Source: Terriglobia bacterium (GTDB taxonomy: Bacteria > Acidobacteriota > Terriglobia > JAJPHL01 > JAPKYU01). Taken from it: 64,000 bases of DNA. Each line of letters begins with the position of its first letter. Position 1 is the stretch's first letter. The notes under the pieces are model-generated. The model was given only the letters and a program-made list of their open reading frames with translations. It was not told where the DNA came from and did no database searches. The stretch spans positions 1,606,324-1,670,323 of the forward strand of contig CBDCVK010000010.1 of the NCBI GenBank assembly GCA_965223005.1, given 5' to 3'. The position numbers were made by a program, and so were the translations under genes. This document shows, in pieces, positions 50,572 through 60,977 of the stretch.

Positions 50572-51291
50572 TCAATTTATCAGGACTTCATCGCCTTTTG
50601 GCCCACAACACATTTCTTCCTTGGGCTCCTCTCTGCGCTCGACGGCAATCCCGGCCTTTTCCAATCTATCCTGAAACCCTTCCCGCCATCCCGGCGACAG
50701 TGCGCGAATGCGAATCGCCCTCTTGCAGTCCTGCAGGTTCTTCGGATCGAAGTAGTAAAGGTGACACACCTTCCGCACGCTCATTCCCTCGGGGTCCTTC
50801 TGGACCAGCTCGATGCTGTCCCCAGCCCCCACCTCACCCTGTTCGAGTACGCGAAGGTAGAAACCGACAAGACAGCTCTGGAGAAACTTCTTGGGGAATT
50901 GGGGGTCATTCATCTTAATGCCGAGTCTGTAGCACGGGACGCGCGGCTGGGTTACCTCGACCAGGGCATCGCCGACGCGAAAAACGTCACCGACATGAAT
51001 CTTGTCTTCCGGCATGTTTTCCACAGTGAAATTCTCTCCGAACTGAGGAATCCGGAAGTCGGTTCGACCGAGCTGCCCCTTCCAGTGCTCGTAATTTTCG
51101 ATCGTGTACACGCAGACTGCTTTGTAGACCCCCCCGTGGCCTCGGAGATCCACCTGCTGGTCGCCGTCGAGATTCAATGTGCGAAGCATAGTACTGCCGC
51201 TCACGGGTTCTTTGAATATGCCGGTAGCTACTGTCTTGCCCATGAAGGAGACTTCTTTCCCCATGGAAACACTCACCGAAAGCAGCTTCAT
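50572..51291 (-). CDS. MOSC-domain protein (YiiM-like) with 3-alpha domain
   Basis: TGIFKEP, GD.Q.D...HGG..KAV, FGENF, QPRVPCY, GFYLRVL. Confidence 0.92.
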   Translation of the reverse strand: MKLLSVSVSMGKEVSFMGKTVATGIFKEPVSGSTMLRTLNLDGDQQVDLRGHGGVYKAVCVYTIENYEHWKGQLGRTDFRIPQFGENFTVENMPEDKIHVGDVFRVGDALVEVTQPRVPCYRLGIKMNDPQFPKKFLQSCLVGFYLRVLEQGEVGAGDSIELVQKDPEGMSVRKVCHLYYFDPKNLQDCKRAIRIRALSPGWREGFQDRLEKAGIAVERREEPKEEMCCGPKGDEVLIN

Positions 51292-51632
51292 CGCCAATCT
51301 CCCTTCGAGGAGGCCGGGGTGGAAACTCACCGGTCTCCCCCGATTCAGGTGGAGTCGTTCTGGTCCCCACCTACGTTACAGCGGCCCCCCGGCGCTGGCT
51401 GTCAAGAGTTCCGAACGTGGCCTGCAATGGCCTCGCCATCCTACTTCAGCGCAGTAGGTGTGGCAACTCCTCCCCGGTGGGTCTTCCCCGGCGATCTCCA
51501 CCTCCAACATGACGCCGGCAAGCCTTTGCCGACGACTTCGCTCCATCTCCACCATGTAGCAGTGCAGCGATGCTTCACCTACCCGCGGACTTCGTGATAC
51601 ATTCATTCGGGCACACCACCGTAGGACACCAA

Positions 51633-51708
51633 GGGCACGTAGCTCAACTGGCAGAGCAGGGGACTCTTAATCCTCAGGTTGCAGGTTCGACTCCTGCCGT
51701 GCTCACCA
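51633..51708 (+). tRNA. tRNA-Lys(CTT)
   Basis: GGGCACG/CGTGCTC acceptor stem, TAGCTCAA.TGG.AGAGC D arm, CTCTTAA anticodon loop, GGTTCGACTCC, encoded CCA. Confidence 0.96.
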
Positions 51709-51795
51709 ACCTCCTCAACAGGTTACAGAGTTCATGCCTGTGGTGAGGTTCAGACTGTGCCCAATTTTGTGCCCCATCACTCCCGAAAACGGAGG

Positions 51796-52455
51796 TTAGT
51801 TCGCCTTCGGTGGTGGGTCGACATGCGGCACGGCGCTGCCCGCGTCTCGGGTTCTTTCCAACCCCCTGATGGCTGCACGCTTCGCCTGAACTCGGATATG
51901 GGAGTACCGCTGCAGCATGCGCTGACTCACGTGCCCGGCCAGTGTGCGGATTGTTTCTTCACTCACGTTCGGGTTTTCAGCTAGCCGGGAGATGAAGGTG
52001 TGGCGAAGGTCATGCCACCGATACCGGACGCCAGCCGTCTCGCGGGCAGTGTTCCAGGCTGTTTTCCAAGAACCCATCTGACGATTGAGGTTAACACTGT
52101 GAATTTGCGAGGTGCGCTTGTCGGTTCCCATCCCTACGCGATGGTAGGGGAACACGTAGCTGTCAGGCCGGGCATCAGGGAAGCGCGAAAGCCAAAGCGT
52201 CAGGGTCGCACACGCCCGCTTTGTAAGCGGGATGCCCCTCCCAGTTCCGGCTGCCGTCTTGGACCTTGGTACAACCAAATCGCCGCCGCTAATCACCTGG
52301 CCAGACCATGAGAGATTCAGATCTTGACGCCGCAACGCCTTGATTTCCGATGCCCGCAAACCAGAGTCGAGAGAGAGCGCAAGTAACGGCAGAAGTGCCG
52401 GTGATCGGCTTCTCCCCGGCGCACCTGTAAGTCGCTGATTCTTATGGTGCAGCAA
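51796..52455 (-). pseudogene. Tyrosine recombinase/integrase, catalytic domain only (N-terminus missing)
   Basis: SGLRASEI, SKT, HDLRHT, LAGH and RYSH motifs. No N-terminal DNA-binding domains. Lies convergent to tRNA-Lys. Confidence 0.85.
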
Positions 52456-52705
52456 TTATATTCATAAATGTGAAATTGGGGAAGGTTTGCTGGATTTTTC
52501 CTGCAGGCTCAGGGTTCCCTAGTTAGTCCGTGTCAAGCTCAACACGATGGCCTCTCCTGGGTAGCATCGCGGACCGACAACGGCACTGGAAGGGTGTAGA
52601 GAGGAAGTCGGGAGTCACATTCAGACGCCCCTGGGGATCACCCCCTCCCCCTGCTGATTTACAGGCTGGGGCCCATACAAGCCGGGCAATGAGTCCGACG
52701 ACCCC

Positions 52706-53563
52706 TCACTTCGGGATCAAGGTCGTCATGAATGGTGCATCGCAAAGCGCCCGCAGCGTCTGCGCGTTGCCGGACCGGTGCTGGGCCTCGAAGAAGCACC
52801 CGGTCTCACCTTCGGTGGTCCAGCTATCGCAAAGTCCGTTGGTCACATTCGTGCACTCGACTCTTACAGGTTTTCCGTCTGGGCAGAGGAAAACGTCGTC
52901 ATCTTGGGTGGTGTAAGTTACCCTGACCGGATGGCGGCCAGGATTGTCCGGGTCGAAGCCCACCCAGAAGCCCGCAAAAGCGACCTCACCTTGCGCCATC
53001 GCGCGAAGGTCAAGCTGCGTTGCCCCGGGGACGAAGTCAGCCGATTCGCAGGTCGCGAGGTTGTTGCAGTCGCAATCCGGAGGGTTCGGGTTGCACGTGT
53101 ACTCGTTGCGGCTTTGGATGATAATTTCTATAGAGCCGGTGAACGGGCTGAAGGGGTAATTCTCCGGATCGTCAGCCTGCGAGCCATCACAGTTCGCGCC
53201 GAAAGAAACATAGCCGAGCCGGCCATTGCTGTCGGTCTTCGACGTATCCAACTTGTGTGTTACGTCAGTGAGGACGTTGCCGTCGTCCTTGTGGCAATAA
53301 GTGCCTCCACCGTCGCTCTGTACCGCGTTCGCAGCGGCATCCGCGAGCGTCTCGCAGCCCTCAACTTTTCCACCGGTCCCACCGTCGCCACCGGTGCAAT
53401 CCTCGGGGCAGGTGCTCGGGTTCTCTTTTCCCTGGCACTTCCCATCCCCACACATGGGCTTGTCGGCCAGTGCAGGGCTGGCACCAACGCCAAAGAGGAC
53501 CACAGCGAGGAAGCTCGTGAGGAAGATCAGGAGAACGGTGTCAGAGTGTCGGATGCTTGGCAT
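52706..53563 (-). CDS. Secreted Cys-rich hypothetical protein
   Basis: RBS ggagg then ATG at 53563. Signal peptide ending SPALA, a CGDGKC...E...TCPEDC module and many further Cys. Confidence 0.7.
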   Translation of the reverse strand: MPSIRHSDTVLLIFLTSFLAVVLFGVGASPALADKPMCGDGKCQGKENPSTCPEDCTGGDGGTGGKVEGCETLADAAANAVQSDGGGTYCHKDDGNVLTDVTHKLDTSKTDSNGRLGYVSFGANCDGSQADDPENYPFSPFTGSIEIIIQSRNEYTCNPNPPDCDCNNLATCESADFVPGATQLDLRAMAQGEVAFAGFWVGFDPDNPGRHPVRVTYTTQDDDVFLCPDGKPVRVECTNVTNGLCDSWTTEGETGCFFEAQHRSGNAQTLRALCDAPFMTTLIPK

Positions 53564-54262
53564 AGCTTGGGCCTCCTTACCCAAGTTTCGGATTCCCATT
53601 AGGAATCTCCCCCCTCCCTTTTGGGTGGTATCGCGGTCCAGTTGTTCATTGTGATCCCGGTACACGACACGCCTCCCTCCTCGCCGAGCTTCTCGACGAT
53701 GTGGTAGTGGCCGAGGTTTAAACAATCATGGGGAGGAACCCCCTCTTGCTAGCAATCCTACGCCGCGTCAGCAGGGGGCGTCAAGGTCAACAGGCGGGCT
53801 GCCTGGGGCGCAGTCATCTTCGACGTTCAGCTATGCTGTAAACGACCTTTAAAGCCTGGGGTTGGTGGACCGTCCTATGACCACGAACAGGGCGAGACCG
53901 TCCAATGGCTCACGCGGCAGGGGAAACGGTTGCTACGCGAGGCCGGTGTCCGCACCAGGAGGAGACACCTCGTGAGGCGGGATCTCTCCGGCGCCCAAGG
54001 TGCAAACGGCCCGCCCAGGTGCTGTGGCCTTGACTCGCAGGTTGGGCGGCGGTCTAATTGAGTTACCGCTGTTGCCAGCGGGAGCCATGGGTTCAGACTG
54101 GTGGTGACCGTGCCGGACCAGGGGCCGGGCTTTTGACCCACTGGCGAAGGAGAACCTGCTCAAGCAGTCCGGTCGCGAGGTTTTTCAGATGCGGGCACTC
54201 GGGGATGAGGTTTCTGTAATGATCAAGTACCCATCGCCGAGCAACGGCAAGGAGGATTAGCG

Positions 54263-54607
54263 GTGTCGATCAAAGCCACTACGCGCCAGGTCAACGGGGT
54301 CACGGTGGTGGACGTCAGCGGTCCGATTACGCTGGGCGAGGGTTCGTCCACTCTGCGCGAGACAGTCCACGGTCTGCTCAACAGCGGGCAAAAGCAAATC
54401 CTATTGAACCTGGGTGATGTCACCTATATTGACAGCTCTGGGATTGGCGAACTAGTGAACGGTTTTACGACGGTCACCGGCCAGGGCGGACAGCTCAAAC
54501 TACTGAACCTGACCAAGAACGTGCAAGACCTGCTGCGAATTACCAAGCTGTACACGGTGTTTGACGTTCACGACGACGAAACTGCGGGGATTCGCAGCTT
54601 TTCCTAA
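54263..54607 (+). CDS. STAS-domain anti-sigma factor antagonist
   Basis: RBS aggagg then GTG. YIDSSGIGEL and LL.ITKLYTVF. Confidence 0.93.
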   Translation: MSIKATTRQVNGVTVVDVSGPITLGEGSSTLRETVHGLLNSGQKQILLNLGDVTYIDSSGIGELVNGFTTVTGQGGQLKLLNLTKNVQDLLRITKLYTVFDVHDDETAGIRSFS

Positions 54608-54837
54608 GCGGCTGGTCTCCCAGATGATGCCCGACACTCCCTTGCTGCCGAACTTTACTCACCACCGGAGATTTTCAGCCACCAGGCACACACACAGGAG
54701 ACCCGGTTCCCAAGTGCCGCGCAGCCGATTGGGTTGGCGGTCGTATCGCCGGGCGTTTTTACGCTGAACCGGCGAGTTCATCCTCATTACTTCCTCGAAG
54801 GGAATCCAGGCACTTGTCCGCTGCCGGCATAATAACT

Positions 54838-56070
54838 TCATCTCCTTCGGAAACCCGCTGGGCGTGACTGGCTGTTTCCGCGTCCGCGATAGCTAGAAAA
54901 CCGGCGCGGCGAATAAGATGGACGAGGTGATGGATGCAGTGGGGCGATACGCGAAGGCGGCAAATTGTCCACCGCAGAGAGAGGCAGTATTGCTCGTATG
55001 AGGCGCTCTATCCCACGCACGTCGCCCTTCTCATCGGGTGTGGCGAAAGATATTGCATGGCCAGCTACGCCCACCCGTCCGGTGCGTCCAATGCGATGGA
55101 CGTAATCTTCCGGGCTTCGTGGAAGGTCGTAATTCATAACGAGTTCGATACCTTTCACGTCTATCCCGCGCGCAGCGATGTCGGTTGCAACGAGGATGCG
55201 ATATTTTCCGTTCTTAAATCCTTCGAGGGCTTCTTTCCGCTGACCAAGAGATCGATTTGAGTGAATCTCCGCAGCGGTGTGTCCTAAAGCGCGAAGCTGT
55301 GCAGCAATTCTTTTTGCGCCGAATTTCAGGCGGGAAAATATAAGCACCGACCCGCGATATTCGGTCACAATCTTTTCGAGAAGCCGAGGCTTATCTTGTT
55401 TGTGGACGAAGAAAAGTTCATGCGTGATTTTCTCCGGCGGAGAGCCGGATGGGGCAACCTCGATCCGAACCGGGACTTTCATCTGCGTTTGCGCGATGGT
55501 CACGATGTCCTGCGGCATCGTAGCCGAAAAAAGCATTGTCTGTCGTTCACGGGGAAGTGCTGCCAATATCCGGTTGAGCTGCGGAGCAAAACCCATATCG
55601 AGCATCCGATCAGCCTCATCAAGAACGAGGGTGGCTACTGATTTTAAGGAAACTGTCTTCTGTTCTAAGTGATCGATAATCCTTCCCGGCGTGCCGATCA
55701 CGATCTGTGGATTCCTGCGAAGCGCTTTCACCTGGCGGCTGATGGATTCTCCGCCGATCAAAACTGCCGTAAGTAGCCGAAGCGGACCGCCGATCTTCTC
55801 GAACGTTTCGTTGACCTGCATTGCTAATTCCCGCGTAGGAAGAACAACCAGCCCCTGTTTACCCTGAAGGGCAGCTTGTACTATGGGCACGCCGAAAGCA
55901 AGAGTTTTTCCCGTTCCAGTTTGCGCGACACCGATGAGGTCTTTTCCCTCTATGGCCGCAGGAATACACTTCTCCTGGATGGGCATAGGAGCAGCAAAGT
56001 GAAGTTTGTCGAGTATTGCGATTATGTTTGGGGCAATGCCGAGATCGTAAAAACCGGGGTGGGAACTCAT
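54838..56070 (-). CDS. DEAD-box RNA helicase (RhlE-like)
   Basis: AQTGTGKT, PTRELA, TPGR, DEAD, SAT, ARGID, HRIGRTGR. Confidence 0.96.
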   Translation of the reverse strand: MSSHPGFYDLGIAPNIIAILDKLHFAAPMPIQEKCIPAAIEGKDLIGVAQTGTGKTLAFGVPIVQAALQGKQGLVVLPTRELAMQVNETFEKIGGPLRLLTAVLIGGESISRQVKALRRNPQIVIGTPGRIIDHLEQKTVSLKSVATLVLDEADRMLDMGFAPQLNRILAALPRERQTMLFSATMPQDIVTIAQTQMKVPVRIEVAPSGSPPEKITHELFFVHKQDKPRLLEKIVTEYRGSVLIFSRLKFGAKRIAAQLRALGHTAAEIHSNRSLGQRKEALEGFKNGKYRILVATDIAARGIDVKGIELVMNYDLPRSPEDYVHRIGRTGRVGVAGHAISFATPDEKGDVRGIERLIRAILPLSAVDNLPPSRIAPLHPSPRPSYSPRRFSSYRGRGNSQSRPAGFRRR

Positions 56071-56221
56071 CGCAGATCACTCTCCGTGGTGTGAAAACTC
56101 AGAGAGTGTCTCACCTTTAGTTGAAAGTCGAGCGGCGGTTCGCTGACCTGGTTCCGTAGAATCGGGTTGGGAAACTTTCTGGAAAGGGGAACCGCCGTGC
56201 AGAGAAGCTACCACATCCTAG

Positions 56222-57714
56222 CAGCCCGTGTCTAAACCGGCCTTTGGGCCGGCCTCTTTTTCAGGCGGGGCAAGTGAAGAGCAAAGCCGTGAATTTGACC
56301 GTTGCACCAGGATAGGGGCGTGGGGGATTCGGGGTGGGCCATTCTTGTGGCAGTGATCCAGAAAACGAGCAAAAACAGCTCGGTGATGCGGTCTTGCAGG
56401 CCTCGCGGGGTTCCCGCCCCCAGCAGCTGGCGCAAAACTAGCGCCAGGTTGCAGGCTGCTGCCTGCAGCAACAGTTTCTTTTGCACGTTTATCTTCCCAC
56501 GGACATACAAGCGTCTCATCCTGCCCGTCTCATACATGTGCGCAAACGGACGCTCCAGCATCTCCCCACGTTTCCGCAGCAGCGCCTTCCCTCGCTGCCC
56601 CGTCACCCGCCGCCGATTGCGGTAGACCGCCGCCTTCTGCTCTTCCTTGCCCGTCCATTGCCGCCGTCCCCGCTCCGGCTCCGCAATGTAGGTCCGCACC
56701 TCCATCGCCTGCATCTCTGCCAGCACTTCCCCACTGTGATACCCCTTGTCGGCCACCACCTCTTCCACCCCGTCTGCGTTCACCACAAACTCCCCTTCGG
56801 CCGTGGGTGTCGCGATCTGCTCGCCCACCGCCGCGCCGGCCGCCGGCAGGGTCTGCTGAACCGATTCCGTGTCGCCGGTCGCTCCCCCGTGCGCCGTCAG
56901 CGCCACAATCGCCCCAGTCTCCATGTCCACCGCATGCTCGGCCTTGTAAGCCAGTGCCGTGCGCCCGTCCTTCATCCGGGTGATCTCCGCTTCCCGATCA
57001 TGTGGGTTCACCCACTTCGCATTGGACATCTTCTTCGGTCGGCAGCGGTCCATCCTCCGCAGCGCCGCTGCATCCTGGGCTTCGATCCCTTCGGCCTCCG
57101 CCAACCGCTTCAGGTACTCCGTATAGCTTTCCCCGCTGTCCCGCCGCATGATCGACCTCATGGCCGCGTTGGCTTCCAGCGTGGTGGCGTCAATGCCGAT
57201 CGTCTTGCCCTTCAGCAGGCCCCGTTCGGCCACCAGCCGCAGCACCCATCCAAACACTTCCTGGTGCGTCGGCTCGTCCATCAGCCGCCGCGTGCGCGAG
57301 ATCGTCACATGATCCGGCGTCTGTTCATCCAGCCCAATCTGCAAAAACTGCCGCAAACTCAAGGAATCGGCCACCCGCCAGGCGATGCCTCGCTCGCTGT
57401 CGATCCCCTCGAAGAAGCCGATCAGCATCAACCGGAAGTACATCCCCGGCGGCAACGACGGTCGGCCCAGCCGCTCGTGGTAGAACTGCCGGCACCGACT
57501 CTCGCAGAATCGATCAAAATCGGCTTCCTCCAACAGTTGGTGCAGCCGCCGGTAGAACGGGTGTCCGGGCGCCTCGGCCAACTCTGCCCGATACCACAGC
57601 GGCTCTTGTCGCTGACGATGCTTGCGCGTTCCCATGGCCATGGCCCGATTGTAAGTAAGAACATTTCCGAAGTAACATGTTTCTTCCCCATCTGGCGATT
57701 TTAGACACGGGCTG
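56222..57714 (-). mobile_element. IS1182-family insertion sequence
   Basis: Perfect 15-bp inverted repeat cagcccgtgtctaaa. CTAG duplicated at 56218-56221 and 57715-57718. Confidence 0.92.
56232..57641 (-). CDS. IS1182-family DDE transposase
   Basis: GRPS..P, GIDSERGIAW, PDH.TISR, IDAT.LEANA, ADKGY, ERPFAH. Confidence 0.92.
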   Translation of the reverse strand: MAMGTRKHRQRQEPLWYRAELAEAPGHPFYRRLHQLLEEADFDRFCESRCRQFYHERLGRPSLPPGMYFRLMLIGFFEGIDSERGIAWRVADSLSLRQFLQIGLDEQTPDHVTISRTRRLMDEPTHQEVFGWVLRLVAERGLLKGKTIGIDATTLEANAAMRSIMRRDSGESYTEYLKRLAEAEGIEAQDAAALRRMDRCRPKKMSNAKWVNPHDREAEITRMKDGRTALAYKAEHAVDMETGAIVALTAHGGATGDTESVQQTLPAAGAAVGEQIATPTAEGEFVVNADGVEEVVADKGYHSGEVLAEMQAMEVRTYIAEPERGRRQWTGKEEQKAAVYRNRRRVTGQRGKALLRKRGEMLERPFAHMYETGRMRRLYVRGKINVQKKLLLQAAACNLALVLRQLLGAGTPRGLQDRITELFLLVFWITATRMAHPESPTPLSWCNGQIHGFALHLPRLKKRPAQRPV

Positions 57715-59171
57715 CTAGGCCGGAGCGATAGCCGAAGCTCCCGCAAACTGGCTGCCTACCTGGCTCGCCACGGGCAGTTTCTGCTGCCCTGGGTGGAGTT
57801 GATCGAACAATCGCGGTTAGCCGTCGACGAGCTGATCGACGTGGTGGGTAGGGCGGCGATTGAAGCGGTGCTGGAGTTGTCGGCCGCGCAGGTGGCCGGT
57901 CCACGCCGTCAGGGCCGGCGGCGCCGTGGGGTAGGCTGGTATGGGCGCCAGCGGGGACGGGTGCGCCTGAAGGAGAGAAAGCTGGCCGTGCACAGGCCAC
58001 GGCTCCGGCGGCCAGGCCGGGGAGCGGGGAAAGAAGTTCCCCTCCCGGCCTACGAAGCCATGCAGGAGGGCGAGGGTCTGGGGGCCCGGATGTTGGATAT
58101 CTTGCTGCGGGGCGTCTCGACCCGGCAGTACCAGCGGGTGTTGCCGGAGATGGCGGACACCGTGGGTGTGTCGCGCTCCACGGTCAGCCGGGAAACGATG
58201 GAGGCTGCCGCAGCCGAGTTAGAACGTCTGTTGAACCGCCGCTTCGAGGAAGTAGAGTTGCTGATCCTCTACATCGACGGGATGGTGTTTGGCGACCATC
58301 ACGTGATTGCGGCTGTGGGCGTGGATGCGGAAGGGCACAAGCACGTGCTGGGGATTCAGGAGGGGGCTACGGAGAACGCCGCGGCCGTCCAGGACTTGCT
58401 GGAAGGTTTAGTGCGGCGAGGGGTGCAGCCGGCCCAGAAACGGCTGTTTGTGATCGACGGCTCGAAGGCCTTGCGGGCGGCGATCCGCGCCGTGTTCGGG
58501 GCCGAGCAGCCGGTGCAGCGCTGCCGCGCCCACAAGTTGCGCAACGTCCTGGACCGGTTGCCGGAGCCAGAGCGGGACCAGGTGCGGGCGGCGATGCGGG
58601 CCGCCTGGCGGTTGGATCCGAAGACCGGCAGGGCCAAGCTGGAGAAGTTGGCCCAATGGTTGGAGCGAGATTGTCCGGCCGCGGCGGCCAGCTTGCGGGA
58701 GGGTCTGGAGGAATGTTTCACCATCAACCGGCTGGGGCTTCCGGCTTCGCTGCATCGCTGTCTGGCCACCACCAATCTCATCGAGAGTCCGCAGGCGGGA
58801 GTGAGGTTGCGAACTCGCCGGGTGTGCCGCTGGCGGGATGCGGCCATGGTCCAGCGCTGGGTCGCCTCCAGCTTCCTGGCCACGGAGAAAAACTTCCGCC
58901 GCCTGATGGGGTACCAGGACCTGTGGATGTTGAAAGCGATCCTCGAAGGATCAAAGTCGGCCACTCGACGGGAGGTGGCGTAGTATGATGGCTCCGAACC
59001 GCCGCTACGAACTTTCAACTGAGTTCAGGACACCCTCAAACATGGTGCGGTTGCCATCGAGTGGCCTCCGTCGTTTGGACAGTTGCGACGCACCGCCGTG
59101 ACGGTGTTCACGTTGCCGGAGCGGCCTGCTACAGTCACCTGTCATGCTGGCACGCGTGTCGGTCGCCGTCG

Positions 59172-60269
59172 CTACACGAACCGCACTAGCCTTACATCCA
59201 GCACCCGGGTCGGACCGCCGGCGACTTTCCATTGGACCAGGATCGGGCTCTGGTAGGTACCCCAGCCGATCTCACCGATCCCTTCGCCCTGGCGGTCCAG
59301 AACCGGCAGGCTGATCTCCCGCTTCATCCGCAGAAAATGGGCCACCGGAATCGCCAGCGCCCGGTTGACGAGCAACTCCACCACTGAACGCCGGACGCCT
59401 ACCCGATCCACGATCTCGTTGAAGAGCTGCATGGCGTCATACTGCGCGTAGTTGAGGGCCTTGGCCGGAATGGCCCGGGGGGCCTGAATTGCCTCCTTGC
59501 CTATCCGCGCCATGAAGCGAAGGGGGTTTTTCAGCACTTCCCGAAGGTCGTGGGTCATGAGCAGGGTTTCGTACTCGTTGACGGTCAGCCCCGCATGGCG
59601 CTCGTTCGGGTGGAGGGATACGTCGAAACGGCCGAACGACACTTGGTGTTCCCGCGCCAGCGCCCGTAGCTGACTGATAAAGCCGAGACGTGGATCACGC
59701 AGGTTCTGGGCGTCGATGGAGTGCGGCGATGACGCCACCTGTACCTGCATCCGGGCGACGTCCTCCTCGCCGTTGTATGCGATCACCCTCGCGCGCCGGC
59801 TCCGGGCGCCGCCCGCGTGGACCCCGTCCAGCTCCACGAACCACACCGGCTCGTCCCCCTCCAGCTCGTACGAAGCGCAGTTCCGCAGTCCGCCCCCCAT
59901 GAACGTGAGGTGGGAGTCGGCGTTGCGCGGTTCGACGGCGCGCTGTTGGTCGGAAAGCTCGGTCCGCAGGTTGAGCTTGTCATGGACGTAGCCGGCCTTG
60001 GGAGGAAAGAGCTTCTGGAATACCTTAAGGTAATCCTGGATGTTGGCGCTGTCGTGTTCAAGCAGTTCGACGAGGCGCTGCTCCAGATAGCCGGCCGTAG
60101 TGTGGTCCGAGAGGTAGAACTCTTTGGAATATCGGGTGAAGTCCGACCCGAACTCTTCTCTCAACCTGCCCCTCACATCGAACAGGCCGACGCGGGAAGC
60201 GGGCGTGATGCGCACTGTGGCGCGGAAAGGCACCCTTCCAGCTTCGGTGTGCCGGTTTACCAAGATCAT
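59172..60269 (-). CDS. Hypothetical protein with two YjbQ/UPF0047-like domains
   Basis: First half: HTTAG, NADSHL, FVELDG...R.RR. Second half: HAGLTVNEYE and WGTYQ...VQW. Confidence 0.65.
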   Translation of the reverse strand: MILVNRHTEAGRVPFRATVRITPASRVGLFDVRGRLREEFGSDFTRYSKEFYLSDHTTAGYLEQRLVELLEHDSANIQDYLKVFQKLFPPKAGYVHDKLNLRTELSDQQRAVEPRNADSHLTFMGGGLRNCASYELEGDEPVWFVELDGVHAGGARSRRARVIAYNGEEDVARMQVQVASSPHSIDAQNLRDPRLGFISQLRALAREHQVSFGRFDVSLHPNERHAGLTVNEYETLLMTHDLREVLKNPLRFMARIGKEAIQAPRAIPAKALNYAQYDAMQLFNEIVDRVGVRRSVVELLVNRALAIPVAHFLRMKREISLPVLDRQGEGIGEIGWGTYQSPILVQWKVAGGPTRVLDVRLVRFV

Positions 60270-60729
60270 TGGCGGCTTTCAGTATCCGGTCCCGGGGGCA
60301 GTCGGCTGCCACCCGTCGCTGCATGTCGTCCCCATACCTATCCCTGCACAGAGTAGTTTAAAACACTGGATCGGTCGCTTCGATAGATTTTTTCGCCCTC
60401 GTGCTCGACTTGCTTTTTCATGTCCTCAGCGATCTCGCTGCACGTCCGTACAACTCCAGTTCCTGTTGTTTGTCAGTCATGGTCGATTTCCTTCGGCCTA
60501 TATGAACCCCCAGTGCATTTTAACCACCTTGGTGATTTTCGCTGATTTCAGCGACTGAATGGGAGCCTCACCGCCTGCTTTGAGAGAACTCACCCGGTCC
60601 ACCAGGAGCGAACCAGCGCAACCAGGACGTCCCAAAACCAGCCTGCGGCTGCACTACAGACCGAACCGAAAAACCTCCGATCAGCGCGATCATCAGGGTC
60701 CAGCGCCACCAGTTCTTCCAATCAGCGAC

Positions 60730-60870
60730 AATCCGCTCGTGCCCTTCGCCCTTCCGGTCCTTCCAGCCGAGCTCAAGGCCCGCCGACGCCCGATCCCGCC
60801 AAGCCTCCAGCCGGTAGATATTCACCCCGACCTCTCGCGACAGCGCCTCCAGCGACTCACCCCTGACGCT
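60730..60870 (-). mobile_element. Transposase OrfA-like (IS3-type) remnant
   Basis: RGESLEALSREVGVNIYRLEAWRDRA HTH-like fragment without a start codon or OrfB. Confidence 0.55.
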
Positions 60871-60977
60871 GTCAGAGAAAAAGCCTGTTCGGTTGGACTC
60901 CAATGGGTGTATATTTTCAATCGCCGGAAGGCCAAAAAGGAAATTCCGGTTAAACACCTTATGAAGGTACTTCAATA

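Larger units (their letters stand above)
56197..58983 (+). pseudogene. IS256-family transposase interrupted after codon 8 by IS1182 (body at 57719-58983)
   Basis: GTG 56197 gives MQRSYHIL, which joins in frame to GRSDSRSSRKLAAYL... Motifs GVSTR, YIDG, VIDG.KAL, QRC.AHK.RN, TTNLIES. Confidence 0.88.
56102..59037 (+). mobile_element. IS256-family element carrying a nested IS1182
   Basis: Inverted ends gagagtgtctcacctttagttgaaagt and actttcaactgagttcaggacaccctc, with the similarity extending inward to gcggcggttcg. Confidence 0.9.

Noticed and set aside
53730-54230. Short ORFs between the Cys-rich gene and the STAS gene
   Set aside because: No recognisable motifs or convincing RBS/ORF structure; left unannotated.
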